Below are positions 1 through 9,007 of a stretch of 64,000 bases of DNA, in pieces. The stretch spans positions 360,021 through 424,020 of the forward strand of contig JABWCG010000001.1 of assembly GCA_013359225.1 (NCBI GenBank). Reading direction: 5' to 3'. The first letter of the stretch is position 1. Each line of letters begins with the position of its first letter. Made by a program: the position numbers and the translations under genes. The DNA comes from Candidatus Buchananbacteria bacterium (GTDB lineage Bacteria > Patescibacteriota > Patescibacteriia > Buchananbacterales > UBA6539). The notes below the pieces were generated by a model. The model did no database searches, was not told the origin of the DNA, and saw nothing but the letters and a program-made list of their open reading frames with translations.

Positions 1-81
1 ATGAATACTATTTTGTAACTTTTCATCCCATTACGACGTTATATTCACTGAGAGGTATTAAACAAATTGAAAGGATTAACT

Positions 82-663
82 ATGGAGAACCAAGAGTCTG
101 AGATTATTGGTCGTTGCCAGGCGGGCGATTCCCAAGCCTTTGGCCTGCTCTACGACCGATACGTCAAAAAAATCTACGATTTTATTTATTATAAAACCTG
201 GCACAAAGAAACGGCAGAAGATTTAACCAGCCAAACCTTTTTTAAGGCCTTAAATAAAATTAAAGATTTTAATGTGAATAAAGGCACCTTTCAAGCCTGG
301 ATTTACCAGATTGCCCGAAATACTGTTATTGATCACTACCGTTCCAGCAAGGCCGAATTGGCAATTGAGGATGTCTGGGGATTATCGGACGAGTCCGATA
401 TTGAACGCGATGTTGATACTGCCGCCAAGCTAGCCCAGGTTGAACAATATTTGCAAAAATTAAAACCACAGCAACGAGATATTATTATCTTGCGGTTGTG
501 GGAAAATAAAACATATCAAGAAATCAGCGAAATTACCGGATTAAGCCTAACAAACTGCAAAGTCACTTTTTCCCGCGTGATGTCGAAACTACGGGAAGAC
601 AAAGCCTTAATCGTCCTTTATTTAATAATTCTAAGCGAAAAATTACTATGGCTAACGAGATAA
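82..663 (+). CDS. RNA polymerase sigma-70 factor, ECF subfamily
   Basis: The ORF opens at TTG 67, but ATG 82 with AAAGGA 7 nt upstream is the likely start. Region-2-like (LLYDRYVKKIYDFIYY) and region-4 HTH (YQEISEITGLSLTNCKV) motifs are present. The 3' end overlaps the next ORF by 16 nt, as in sigma/anti-sigma coupling. Confidence 0.85.
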   Translation: MENQESEIIGRCQAGDSQAFGLLYDRYVKKIYDFIYYKTWHKETAEDLTSQTFFKALNKIKDFNVNKGTFQAWIYQIARNTVIDHYRSSKAELAIEDVWGLSDESDIERDVDTAAKLAQVEQYLQKLKPQQRDIIILRLWENKTYQEISEITGLSLTNCKVTFSRVMSKLREDKALIVLYLIILSEKLLWLTR

Positions 664-2234
664 AAACTATTTTGGCCGAACTCTACCAGCTTGATCCGGA
701 ACTTAAAAAGTACGAGCCGGATTTGATTAGAATTGTCAGTGAGATTATCAAGGTAAAGCCAAACACTAAATTTGACAAAAAATTCGCAGCGCAGCTACGT
801 AGTCAGCTGCTAAGCGAAACAAAAACCTCTCAATCTAATTCATTACGCGATTTATTTAATATGAAAAAACTAGCTTACGCGCTCGGTGGGGCGGTATTAG
901 CGGCATTAGTAATGATTCCGCTACTAAAAAACCCTCAAACCGGGCAAATGTTAAACCTTAACGCTCCAACCCCGGAAGTTTTGGACATGTCATTAAAAAT
1001 CAGCCGCCTTGGCAACGAAGCATTTGGCTCGCTTGTTAACCAGACCGTTGATCAGCTTGCCGCCGCTCCGCAGGCGATGGCCGACGGCACCGAGGCGACT
1101 AATGAACGGTCGCAGTCTGGTGGCGGCACCCCCGCTGCGCCGGTACCGATGGGATTTGGTGGCGGTGCGGGCGTTACTGGAGTAAGTATTGACGCCAAAA
1201 TGATTGCGCCAGCAGAAGGGTTTGTCACCTATAAATATGTCTATGCCGGTGATGAACTGACACTAGACGAATCAACTGTTGACGTCTTTAAAAGGGTAAA
1301 AGGCTTAAACAACCAATCTTCATTGAATAGCTTACTGTCCGGTTTTAATCTTGGCTTACTCAACCTCGGTTCATTTGGCCAGTCAACCATTGATAACATT
1401 ACCGTGACTGAAAGCGGACGTTATGGTTACATGATTAATATCCAGGCTAATGAAGGTTTTATCAGCATCAACAAAAACTGGTTAACCTGGCCGCAGGTTA
1501 CCTGTACCGATCCAAACTGTGAAAACTTGCGGATTCGCGAAAGTGATATTCCGGCTGACGACGTGCTCATCAAACTGGCTAATGATTTTATTGCCAAACA
1601 TAACATCAGTCTTGAAGGTTATGGCAGTCCAGAGGTTCAGACCAATTGGCGGCTTGCTTACGAGCAAACTCAAAACAAGTCAGAATATTGGTTCCCAGAT
1701 ACTGTTAATGTCATTTATCCTCTTGAGATCAACGGTCAGCAAGCGTATGAACAGTATGGTACCGATAAAGTCGGCTTGATCGTCAGTATCGACGTTCGCG
1801 AGAAGAAAGTTGCCGGTCTAAGCAACCTTACCAACCAAAATTACCAAAGCTCTTCCTATCAGTCCGAAACTTCCGCTGAAAAAATTCTAGCATTCGCCGA
1901 ACGCGGCGGCATTAATGCCGGCTGGTGGGCTCCAGAAGACAGCAAGGTTGTAGAGGTCACTCTTGGCACCCCAACCAAAGAACTTATCAGATATTACCGC
2001 TACCAGAATAATCAAACTGAAGAACTGCTGATTCCGGCCCTCATTTTCCCGGTTACTAAACGTCCGGACAACAGCGAATACTTCTACGCCCAGAGCGTTG
2101 TCGTACCATTGGTTAGCGAGCTGCTCAACCAGGATAACGGCGGCGGGCCAATCAGAATTATGCCGGCCGGCGAACCTGCTCAAATCAAAGCTGACGAACC
2201 AGCGGCTAATCCCGGAATCCAAGAACTAAAATAA
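648..2234 (+). CDS. membrane-anchored protein, putative anti-sigma factor with large extracytoplasmic domain
   Basis: Translationally coupled to the ECF sigma gene. About 75 aa of cytoplasmic N-terminus are followed by a single TM segment (LAYALGGAVLAALVMIPLL), a Gly-rich linker (GGGTPAAPVPMGFGGGAGVTG) and a roughly 400-aa C-terminal domain. The anti-sigma role is inferred from this architecture only. Confidence 0.5.
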   Translation: MANEIKTILAELYQLDPELKKYEPDLIRIVSEIIKVKPNTKFDKKFAAQLRSQLLSETKTSQSNSLRDLFNMKKLAYALGGAVLAALVMIPLLKNPQTGQMLNLNAPTPEVLDMSLKISRLGNEAFGSLVNQTVDQLAAAPQAMADGTEATNERSQSGGGTPAAPVPMGFGGGAGVTGVSIDAKMIAPAEGFVTYKYVYAGDELTLDESTVDVFKRVKGLNNQSSLNSLLSGFNLGLLNLGSFGQSTIDNITVTESGRYGYMINIQANEGFISINKNWLTWPQVTCTDPNCENLRIRESDIPADDVLIKLANDFIAKHNISLEGYGSPEVQTNWRLAYEQTQNKSEYWFPDTVNVIYPLEINGQQAYEQYGTDKVGLIVSIDVREKKVAGLSNLTNQNYQSSSYQSETSAEKILAFAERGGINAGWWAPEDSKVVEVTLGTPTKELIRYYRYQNNQTEELLIPALIFPVTKRPDNSEYFYAQSVVVPLVSELLNQDNGGGPIRIMPAGEPAQIKADEPAANPGIQELK

Positions 2235-2248
2235 AAATTAAACTCTTA

Positions 2249-2290
2249 CAGCCCGAAAATGCCCACTTGTTTTCGGGCTGTAACTTTTCT
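2249..2290. terminator. intrinsic terminator hairpin (CAGCCCGAAAA / TTTTCGGGCTG)
   Basis: An 11-bp perfect stem at 2249-2259 / 2270-2280. T-rich tracts follow on both strands, so it may act bidirectionally. Confidence 0.6.
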
Positions 2291-2370
2291 ACTAGTTCTT
2301 GCGTATTAATTAGTGAAAGGTAACATTTGTTCTTTCCACAACTTTAGTTCTCCAAAACCTCCTTTCAGCC

Positions 2371-2397
2371 AAAAAGCCCGTTTTTCGGGCCTTTTTG
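2371..2397 (+). terminator. short GC hairpin + T-run (GCCCG TTTTT CGGGC CTTTTT)
   Basis: A 5-bp GC stem flanked by an A-run and a T-run. It could function on either strand. Confidence 0.4.
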
Positions 2398-2405
2398 GTA
2401 TGATT

Positions 2406-2435
2406 TGACACGACTACTAGGGTAGTGATATCATT
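2406..2435 (+). promoter_or_regulatory. sigma-70-type promoter for the ArsR-family gene
   Basis: -35 TTGACA at 2406-2411, an 18-bp spacer, and an extended -10 TGaTATCAT at 2427-2435. Confidence 0.5.
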
Positions 2436-2467
2436 TGAATACTTGCTCAAATAATAAATCAATTACA

Positions 2468-2773
2468 ATGCTTAATAATCAGGAGATTCAAAAAAACAAG
2501 AATATTCTAGCCAAAAATGATCGACAGATTAAAAACCGATGTAATCTGCATTATTTGTCGTCAGACCCGACTCGCCTGAAAATCCTGTTATTGCTAAAAA
2601 AACACGAAGAGCTTTGTGTTAGCGATTTGGCAAAAATAATTAATGTTACTGTCAGTGCGGTTTCACATCAGTTAAAATTGCTGGAAAATTGCGGCATTGT
2701 CAAAGGATCAAAAACGGGAAAGACAGTCTGCTACTGTCTGACAGACAAAAACCTTGAACTCATTATTGAATAA
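2468..2773 (+). CDS. ArsR/SmtB-family metalloregulatory transcriptional repressor
   Basis: Winged-HTH signature (DPTRLKILLLL ... LAKIINVTVSAVSHQLKLLENCGIV). The start is moved from the track ORF at 2435 to ATG 2468 because the promoter -10 overlaps 2435. Confidence 0.8.
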   Translation: MLNNQEIQKNKNILAKNDRQIKNRCNLHYLSSDPTRLKILLLLKKHEELCVSDLAKIINVTVSAVSHQLKLLENCGIVKGSKTGKTVCYCLTDKNLELIIE

Positions 2774-2800
2774 AAATAATTTTAAAGAAAGGAAAAACAT

Positions 2801-2913
2801 ATGTGCGATCATTGCTCTTGCGGCCATAATCATGACCACAAAAAAACTACCAAAGCCGAAAATCAGGCTGAGACTACCAAGCAGCAACATGAAAACTGTG
2901 CCTGCTGTTCATA
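2801..2913 (+). CDS. 37-aa Cys/His-rich small protein (metallothionein-like candidate)
   Basis: Read directly: ATG 2801 with AAAGGA 7 nt upstream, ending at TAA 2911-2913. It translates to MCDHCSCGHNHDHKKTTKAENQAETTKQQHENCACCS (6 Cys, 5 His). It is absent from the ORF track because it is under 60 aa. It lies between the ArsR/SmtB gene and the glutaredoxin gene. Confidence 0.45.
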
Positions 2914-2928
2914 AATTAGTGAATAAAT

Positions 2929-3177
2929 ATGATCAACCTAACAATTTACACCACTCCGACTTGCGTCTACTGCAAAATGGCAAAGGAGTTTTTTACCAGT
3001 AATAACATCAACTATCAGGAAATCAATGTTGCTGCTGATCAGGCGGCAGCCCGGACCATGGTTCAAAAATCCGGCCAGCTCGGCGTTCCGGTTATTACCG
3101 TAGAAAAAGATGGCAAAGAGGAAATTATTATTGGATTTGACCGGCCACGACTCTCCCAGTTGTTGGACATCAAATAA
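2929..3177 (+). CDS. glutaredoxin-like protein (NrdH/Grx family, CVYC active site)
   Basis: CxxC motif TPTCVYCKMAKEFF followed by a thioredoxin-fold C-terminus (GVPVITV...IIGFD). Confidence 0.75.
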   Translation: MINLTIYTTPTCVYCKMAKEFFTSNNINYQEINVAADQAAARTMVQKSGQLGVPVITVEKDGKEEIIIGFDRPRLSQLLDIK

Positions 3178-3203
3178 AAAATAATCAATGAAAGGAGTAC
3201 ATT

Positions 3204-3821
3204 ATGAACAATAGCGGATACAAACTGCCTGCATTACCATACAGTTATGATGCGTTGGAACCATTTATCGACCAGCAAACAATGCAGCTGCATCACGACA
3301 AACATCACCAAACGTATGTTGACAAGCTCAACGCGGCGCTAACCGGACATGAAGAACTTAAAATGAAATCTCCCGAAGAGTTAATCAGTAATTTGGAATC
3401 ACTACCAGCTGAAATCAAAACCGCTGTTCAAAATCATGGCGGGGGACACATTAACCATTCGCTGTTTTGGAATATTCTTAAAAAAGATACTGCTATCACC
3501 GGCGAAATTAAAGAAGCCATCACTACCCAATTCGGCAGTTTTGATGCTTTTAAAGAACAATTCAGTAAAGCTGCCCTCAACCAATTCGGTAGCGGCTGGG
3601 CCTGGCTTGTTGTTAATCAGGCCGGAGCACTTGAAATAACTGCTACTGCCAACCAAAACTCGCCACTGTCAGATGGCAAAATGCCAATTCTGGCACTTGA
3701 TATCTGGGAACATGCCTATTATCTCAAATATCAAAACAAGCGTCCGGATTATATTGAAGCCTTCTTTAATATTATCAACTGGGACGAAGTCAATAATAAC
3801 TATCGCGCCGCCAAGAAATAA
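3204..3821 (+). CDS. sodA: superoxide dismutase, Fe/Mn family
   Basis: Hallmark motifs [10 protein letters not shown] and [20 protein letters not shown] strong SD (AAAGGAG) precedes the ATG. Confidence 0.95.
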   Translation: MNNSGYKLPALPYSYDALEPFIDQQTMQLHHDKHHQTYVDKLNAALTGHEELKMKSPEELISNLESLPAEIKTAVQNHGGGHINHSLFWNILKKDTAITGEIKEAITTQFGSFDAFKEQFSKAALNQFGSGWAWLVVNQAGALEITATANQNSPLSDGKMPILALDIWEHAYYLKYQNKRPDYIEAFFNIINWDEVNNNYRAAKK

Positions 3822-3830
3822 ATAACTTCT

Positions 3831-5471
3831 ATGAAAGCTTCTGACCTACTCGTTCAAGCGCTCGAAAATGAGGGAGTAACCCATATTTTTGGCGTTCCAG
3901 GTGAAGAAAATTTGGATTTGATTGATTCCCTGAGAGATTCAAAAATCAAATTGATTGTCACTCGCCACGAACAAGCCGCCGGTTTTATGGCCGCCACCGT
4001 CGGCCGGCTGACTGGCGTACCCGGCGTTGCACTTTCAACGCTTGGACCGGGTGCCACAAATTTAATTACTGCGGCAGCGTACGCCAATCTTGGCGGCATG
4101 CCGTTGTTTCTATTGACTGGACAAAAACCGGTTAAACGTAGTAAGCAGGGAAAATTTCAAATGATTGATACGGTACAAATTATGAAACCGGTTACCAAAT
4201 TTTCCAAACAGATCGTCTATAGTGAAAGCATCCCTGCGCTGGTTCGCGAAGCATTCAAAAAAGCCGAGAGCGAGCGACCGGGTGCGGTCCACCTGGAATT
4301 GCCCGAAGATGTTGCCGCTGAAAAGGTGACCGAAAAACTTTTCGCAGTCACCCAAGTCCGACGGCCCGTCGCCGACAGCAAGGCAATCAGCCTCGCTGTT
4401 GAAATGATCAAGTCAGCAAAACTACCACTGTTGGTTATTGGCGCCGCTGCCAACCGTAAACAGACTGCTAAAATGCTCCAAGAATTCATAGACAAAACCG
4501 GCATTTACTTTATTGACACCCAAATGGGCAAAGGAGTAATCGATGAACGCCACGAAAAATATCTGGGCACAGCCGCACTATCGGCCAACGATTATGTTCA
4601 CTGTGCGCTTGATCGGGCCGATCTGATTATCAACGTCGGCCACGATATCATTGAAAAGCCGCCGTTTATTATGGCCCCGGATAAAAAACAAAAAGTCATA
4701 CATATCAATTTTTTTCCGGCGGAAATCGATCAAATTTATTTCCCGCAACTTGAGGTGGTTGGAGATATTGCCAACGCCGTTTGGCAAATAAAAGAGCAGC
4801 TCCCGTCGATTAATTGGAATTTTGATTACTACCAAAAAGTCAAAACTCTGTGCGCCGAACAAATGAAAATTGCATCAGAACAGAAGAATTTTCCGTTAAG
4901 TCCTCAATCGATCGTCGAACAAATCCGTCAGGCTATGCCCGACGATGGTATCGTGGCGCTTGATAACGGAATGTATAAAGTGTGGTTTGCCCGGCAGTAC
5001 CAAACATATCAACCAAATACCTTACTGCTTGATAACGCCCTTGCCACAATGGGGGCTGGACTGCCATCGGCAATCGCCGCAAAAATTGTACATCCAAGAA
5101 AAAAGGTGTTAGCCGTTGTTGGCGACGGTGGTTTTATGATGAATTCTCAAGAATTAGAAACAGCTGTCCGGCTGGGACTTAATATAACGATTGTTATTAT
5201 TAACGACAACGGGTTTGGAATGATAAAATGGAAACAACAGGCGATGAAATTTCAAGATTTTGGCTTGAGCTACCATAATCCCGATTTTGTTGCCTATGCT
5301 CAAAGCTACGGTGCCAGCGGTCACCGAATTGAAAACAACCACTCATTAAAAAATACCATTGATCAATGCCTTAATACTCCAGGCGTTCACGTTATTGAAG
5401 TGCCGGTTGATTACTCGTATAACCACAAAATTCTAACCGAAGAATTAGCTAAAAAAACCTGTAATCTATAA
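3831..5471 (+). CDS. thiamine-pyrophosphate enzyme, acetolactate synthase large-subunit-like
   Basis: TPP-enzyme N-terminal motifs (GVPGEENLDLIDSL) and central/C-terminal TPP-binding motifs (GDGGFMMNSQELETA). Confidence 0.8.
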   Translation: MKASDLLVQALENEGVTHIFGVPGEENLDLIDSLRDSKIKLIVTRHEQAAGFMAATVGRLTGVPGVALSTLGPGATNLITAAAYANLGGMPLFLLTGQKPVKRSKQGKFQMIDTVQIMKPVTKFSKQIVYSESIPALVREAFKKAESERPGAVHLELPEDVAAEKVTEKLFAVTQVRRPVADSKAISLAVEMIKSAKLPLLVIGAAANRKQTAKMLQEFIDKTGIYFIDTQMGKGVIDERHEKYLGTAALSANDYVHCALDRADLIINVGHDIIEKPPFIMAPDKKQKVIHINFFPAEIDQIYFPQLEVVGDIANAVWQIKEQLPSINWNFDYYQKVKTLCAEQMKIASEQKNFPLSPQSIVEQIRQAMPDDGIVALDNGMYKVWFARQYQTYQPNTLLLDNALATMGAGLPSAIAAKIVHPRKKVLAVVGDGGFMMNSQELETAVRLGLNITIVIINDNGFGMIKWKQQAMKFQDFGLSYHNPDFVAYAQSYGASGHRIENNHSLKNTIDQCLNTPGVHVIEVPVDYSYNHKILTEELAKKTCNL

Positions 5472-5475
5472 TTAT

Positions 5476-6840
5476 ATGGCTCTACAATCAATTAACCCGG
5501 CTACAGAAGAAATTTTTTCCAAAACCGAAGAATTAACCAATGAACAGATTAAAGAAAAAATTACTTTGGCGGATCATACTTTTGCCAAATGGAGGACCAC
5601 AACATTTGAAGACCGGGCAAAATTAATTAATGAGGTAGCTAAAATTTTAAGATCCGAAGCCCAGACGATTGGCGAAATTATGACCAAAGAAATGGGCAAA
5701 CCTATCAAACAAGCCATAGCCGAAGTCGAAAAGTGTGCTTGGGTTTGCGAATATTATGCTAAAGAAGCACCTAAATTTTTAACTCCGGAAAAAATTACCA
5801 CCGATGCCAGCGAAAGTCTGGTTCGATACGATCCGATCGGTATTGTGCTTGCAATTATGCCATGGAATTTCCCGTTTTGGCAGGTTATTCGTTTTGCCGC
5901 CCCGGCTCTTATGGCCGGAAATGTCGGACTGCTCAAGCATGCCTCCAATGTTCAGCTGGCGGCTAAAAAAATTGAAGAAATTTTTTTGCGTGCCGGCATT
6001 CCGGTTGGGGTATTTCAAAATCTTGCCATTAGTTCCGGAAAGGTTGAAACAATCATTCGCGATCCAAGGGTTAAGGCGGTCACTTTAACCGGCAGTGAAC
6101 ATGCTGGCGCTAAAGTTGCAGCTTTGGCCGCTTCAGAAATTAAAAAGTCTGTCTTAGAACTTGGGGGCAGCGATCCCTTTATCGTCCTGGAAGATGCGGA
6201 CATAGCAAATGCCTGTTCAGTCGCCGTTACCGCCCGCAATATCAATAACGGACAAAGCTGCATCGCCGCTAAACGGTTCATTGTGGTTTCAAGCGTTGCT
6301 GAAGAATTCAAAAAATTATTTAAAGAAAAGTTCGAAGCGTTAAAAATTGGCGACCCAATGGCTGAAACAACCGATATCGGCCCGGTTGTCAACAAGCAGG
6401 CTCTGGAAGAACTAGAAAATCAAATCAAAAAATCAGTTGCCGCCGGCGCCAAAATTCTAACTGGCGGAAAGCGGGTAGGAAACACCGGCTACTTCTTACA
6501 GCCAACCATTCTGACTGAGGTCGCACCGGGCATGCCAGCCTACCACGAAGAATTTTTTGGACCGGTTGCATCAGTTATTGTCGTTAAAGACGAGGCTGAA
6601 GCCGTTCAGGTTGCAAACGATACCCATTTTGGTTTAGGTGCCTCAATCTGGACAAGTAACATCAGCCGTGCCAAACAGCTTATTCCGCAAATTGACGCCG
6701 GCGCTGTCTTTGTTAACGGTCTGGTAAAATCCGATCCACGCTTGCCATTTGGCGGTGAAAAGCGTTCTGGTTTTGGTCGTGAATTATCACACCACGGCAT
6801 CAAAGAATTTGTTAATATAAAATCGGTCTGGATTAAATAA
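5476..6840 (+). CDS. NAD(P)-dependent aldehyde dehydrogenase family protein
   Basis: ALDH signatures: the catalytic-Cys region GQSCIAAKR and the Glu motif LELGGSDP. Confidence 0.85.
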   Translation: MALQSINPATEEIFSKTEELTNEQIKEKITLADHTFAKWRTTTFEDRAKLINEVAKILRSEAQTIGEIMTKEMGKPIKQAIAEVEKCAWVCEYYAKEAPKFLTPEKITTDASESLVRYDPIGIVLAIMPWNFPFWQVIRFAAPALMAGNVGLLKHASNVQLAAKKIEEIFLRAGIPVGVFQNLAISSGKVETIIRDPRVKAVTLTGSEHAGAKVAALAASEIKKSVLELGGSDPFIVLEDADIANACSVAVTARNINNGQSCIAAKRFIVVSSVAEEFKKLFKEKFEALKIGDPMAETTDIGPVVNKQALEELENQIKKSVAAGAKILTGGKRVGNTGYFLQPTILTEVAPGMPAYHEEFFGPVASVIVVKDEAEAVQVANDTHFGLGASIWTSNISRAKQLIPQIDAGAVFVNGLVKSDPRLPFGGEKRSGFGRELSHHGIKEFVNIKSVWIK

Positions 6841-6857
6841 TAAAACAGCCAAAAAAT

Positions 6858-7325
6858 ATGAAACTAAAAATTGGCCAAAAGGCTCCAGCTTTCTTATTGC
6901 CGGATCAAAATGGCACACTTCATAAACTTAGCCAATACGCCGGCGGCTGGCTACTGATCTATTTTTATCCCAAAGACGACACTCCCGGCTGTACTAAAGA
7001 AGCCTGCACCATTAAAGATAATTTTCCGGCATTTGGTGAGTTAAAAGCAAATGTGGTTGGCATCAGCGCCGATTCAGTCGCCAGCCATAAAAAATTTGCC
7101 GTTAAATATAAACTACCGTTTACCATTCTATCTGATGAAGAGAAAAAAATTATTACAGCTTATGGCGTCTACGGCAAAAAAAGTTTTATGGGAAAAACCT
7201 TTATGGGCATTAAAAGAACTTCATTTCTTATTGATCCTAAAGGCACAATCGTCAAAATTTATGAAAATGTCAAACCGCCACTTCATGCCAAAGAGGTAAT
7301 TGACGACCTTAAAGCCTTAAGCTAA
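6858..7325 (+). CDS. bcp: thioredoxin-dependent peroxiredoxin Bcp (PrxQ)
   Basis: The motif FYPKDDTPGCTKEAC contains the peroxidatic Cys of Bcp/PrxQ peroxiredoxins. Confidence 0.9.
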   Translation: MKLKIGQKAPAFLLPDQNGTLHKLSQYAGGWLLIYFYPKDDTPGCTKEACTIKDNFPAFGELKANVVGISADSVASHKKFAVKYKLPFTILSDEEKKIITAYGVYGKKSFMGKTFMGIKRTSFLIDPKGTIVKIYENVKPPLHAKEVIDDLKALS

Positions 7326-7338
7326 AAATTTGCCAAAT

Positions 7339-7375
7339 AATCCGCGCCGGTATTGTCGCGGATTATTTTTATTTA
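7339..7375 (+). terminator. intrinsic terminator after bcp (AATCCGCG ... CGCGGATT + T-run)
   Basis: An 8-bp GC-rich stem at 7339-7346 / 7357-7364, followed by TTATTTTTATTT. Confidence 0.7.
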
Positions 7376-7404
7376 ATTTTTTGGTATAATGAAATAACTG
7401 CCCT

Positions 7405-8940
7405 ATGATTGAAAAATTATTCAATAAATTTAGAAGAATAGTTGACTTGATTGAGAACTCCAATATCCATCTAGGGTATTTTATTTTTACCTTTTTATCA
7501 ATCATCACTATAAGAAATTTTTTAGAGCTCTTCTCTACCAAAATAGAGCTTAATACGGCTGTAGTTTTTTTTCATTTCTATATAGGATTTATTTCACTTG
7601 CCACACTATTAATTTTAACTTTTTATATTTTAACAAGAGAATCAATTGTTAAAAGTATTAAAATAGTTTTGATTGGTTTTTCGATCCTGCCACTACCACC
7701 AATAATAGATTTAATTGCTACCGGAGGGAGGGGATTCGCCATGACCTATCTGTTACCAGAATTTCATGATCATATCATATTGCGATTTTTTACATTTTTT
7801 GGACATTTTGAAGAACGGGGAGTGTCCTTAGGTATTAAAACTGAAATCTTTATTATTCTGGTGTTAACTTTTTTGTACTTTTTGGCAAAAAAACATGGCG
7901 TCTTTAGAAGTATCGCCAACGCCTTCATAGTTTATATCATAATTTTTGGTTTTTTTGCGATTCCTTTCATCTTAAAAGGAATTTTTCTATTGCTAGGCAT
8001 CAACTATGACTACTCCGTCGATGCATGGGAAATATTATCTTTCTTATTCCTGATGATGTTTTTCTGCGGAATAATTATTTTATATTTAATAGACAAAAAA
8101 AACTTTATCACTATTGCAAAAGATGCCAGATATTTGCGACTCTCATACTATTTAGGAATGTTTTTCTGCGGAATAATTGTGGCAAAATCAACGGCAACAC
8201 TTCCCATAACGGCGCAGAATTTATTTGACTTTTTATTCACTGCCATGGCAATAACCGCCGCCTGGTTGTTTTCAGTAACCACTAATAATATCGCTGATTA
8301 TCATATTGACAAAATTTCAAACAAAAATCGACCGCTAGTTCGCCGCACAATCGCTATTGAAGATTACAAAAAAATTTCCACCCTACTTTTAGTCTGGGCA
8401 ATAATATGTTCAACTGCCGTTGGACCGGACACCCTATTTCTAGTTATTTTATTTATTTCTAGTTATTTTATTTATTCCATGCCACCAATTAGGCTGAAGC
8501 GGGTTATAGTTTTATCAAAGCTGATAATTGCGTTAAATTCCTTAGTGCTGGTTTTATTAGGTTTTTTCACTATCACCAAAACTATCAAGAGTTTCCCGGG
8601 CATCTTATTTCCGACATTGCTTATTGGTATAACCATATTAGCTAATTTTATTGATATCAAAGATTACGAAGGGGATAGAAAGAATAACATTAAAACCCTA
8701 CCAACCGTCCTAGGATTAAAATTAACAAAAATAATCATTGGATTCTCCTTCGTATTTTTCTACACCATATTATATGTATTACTACCGTATTATAATTTAG
8801 GAAATTTTTGGAATTTTTTATTCATACCACTCGGATTGCTACAATTTTATTTTGTCAATCAAAAAAAATACCAAGACAGTTATATTATCGGAACCTGCGT
8901 TATAACGGTCTTCTTGTTTGCAATTTTAAATATCTTCTAA
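7405..8940 (+). CDS. polytopic membrane protein; C-terminal UbiA-family prenyltransferase domain fused to an N-terminal membrane domain
   Basis: Two Asp-rich motifs typical of UbiA-family prenyltransferases (NNIADYHIDK and DIKDYEGDRKNN) lie in the C-terminal half. The N-terminal 280 aa are hydrophobic with no recognisable motif. The gene is preceded by an extended -10 TGgTATAAT at 7381-7389. Confidence 0.5.
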   Translation: MIEKLFNKFRRIVDLIENSNIHLGYFIFTFLSIITIRNFLELFSTKIELNTAVVFFHFYIGFISLATLLILTFYILTRESIVKSIKIVLIGFSILPLPPIIDLIATGGRGFAMTYLLPEFHDHIILRFFTFFGHFEERGVSLGIKTEIFIILVLTFLYFLAKKHGVFRSIANAFIVYIIIFGFFAIPFILKGIFLLLGINYDYSVDAWEILSFLFLMMFFCGIIILYLIDKKNFITIAKDARYLRLSYYLGMFFCGIIVAKSTATLPITAQNLFDFLFTAMAITAAWLFSVTTNNIADYHIDKISNKNRPLVRRTIAIEDYKKISTLLLVWAIICSTAVGPDTLFLVILFISSYFIYSMPPIRLKRVIVLSKLIIALNSLVLVLLGFFTITKTIKSFPGILFPTLLIGITILANFIDIKDYEGDRKNNIKTLPTVLGLKLTKIIIGFSFVFFYTILYVLLPYYNLGNFWNFLFIPLGLLQFYFVNQKKYQDSYIIGTCVITVFLFAILNIF

Positions 8941-8958
8941 GCGCAAAAAATATAAATC

Positions 8959-8979
8959 AAGGGCTGGCAGCCTTTTTTT
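8959..8979 (+). terminator. possible short terminator (AAGGGCT GGC AGCCTT + T7)
   Basis: A 7-bp stem containing a G-T wobble, a 3-nt loop, then a T-run. Confidence 0.4.
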
Positions 8980-9007
8980 ATTGCTAATTTTTCAGTATAA
9001 TATATTC

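Noticed and set aside
1482-2222. Three internal ORFs (1482-1673 -, 1519-1779 +, 1887-2222 -) inside the anti-sigma-like gene
   Set aside because: They are nested in or antisense to a longer ORF with a coherent domain structure. They have no SD and their composition is biased by the opposite-strand codons.
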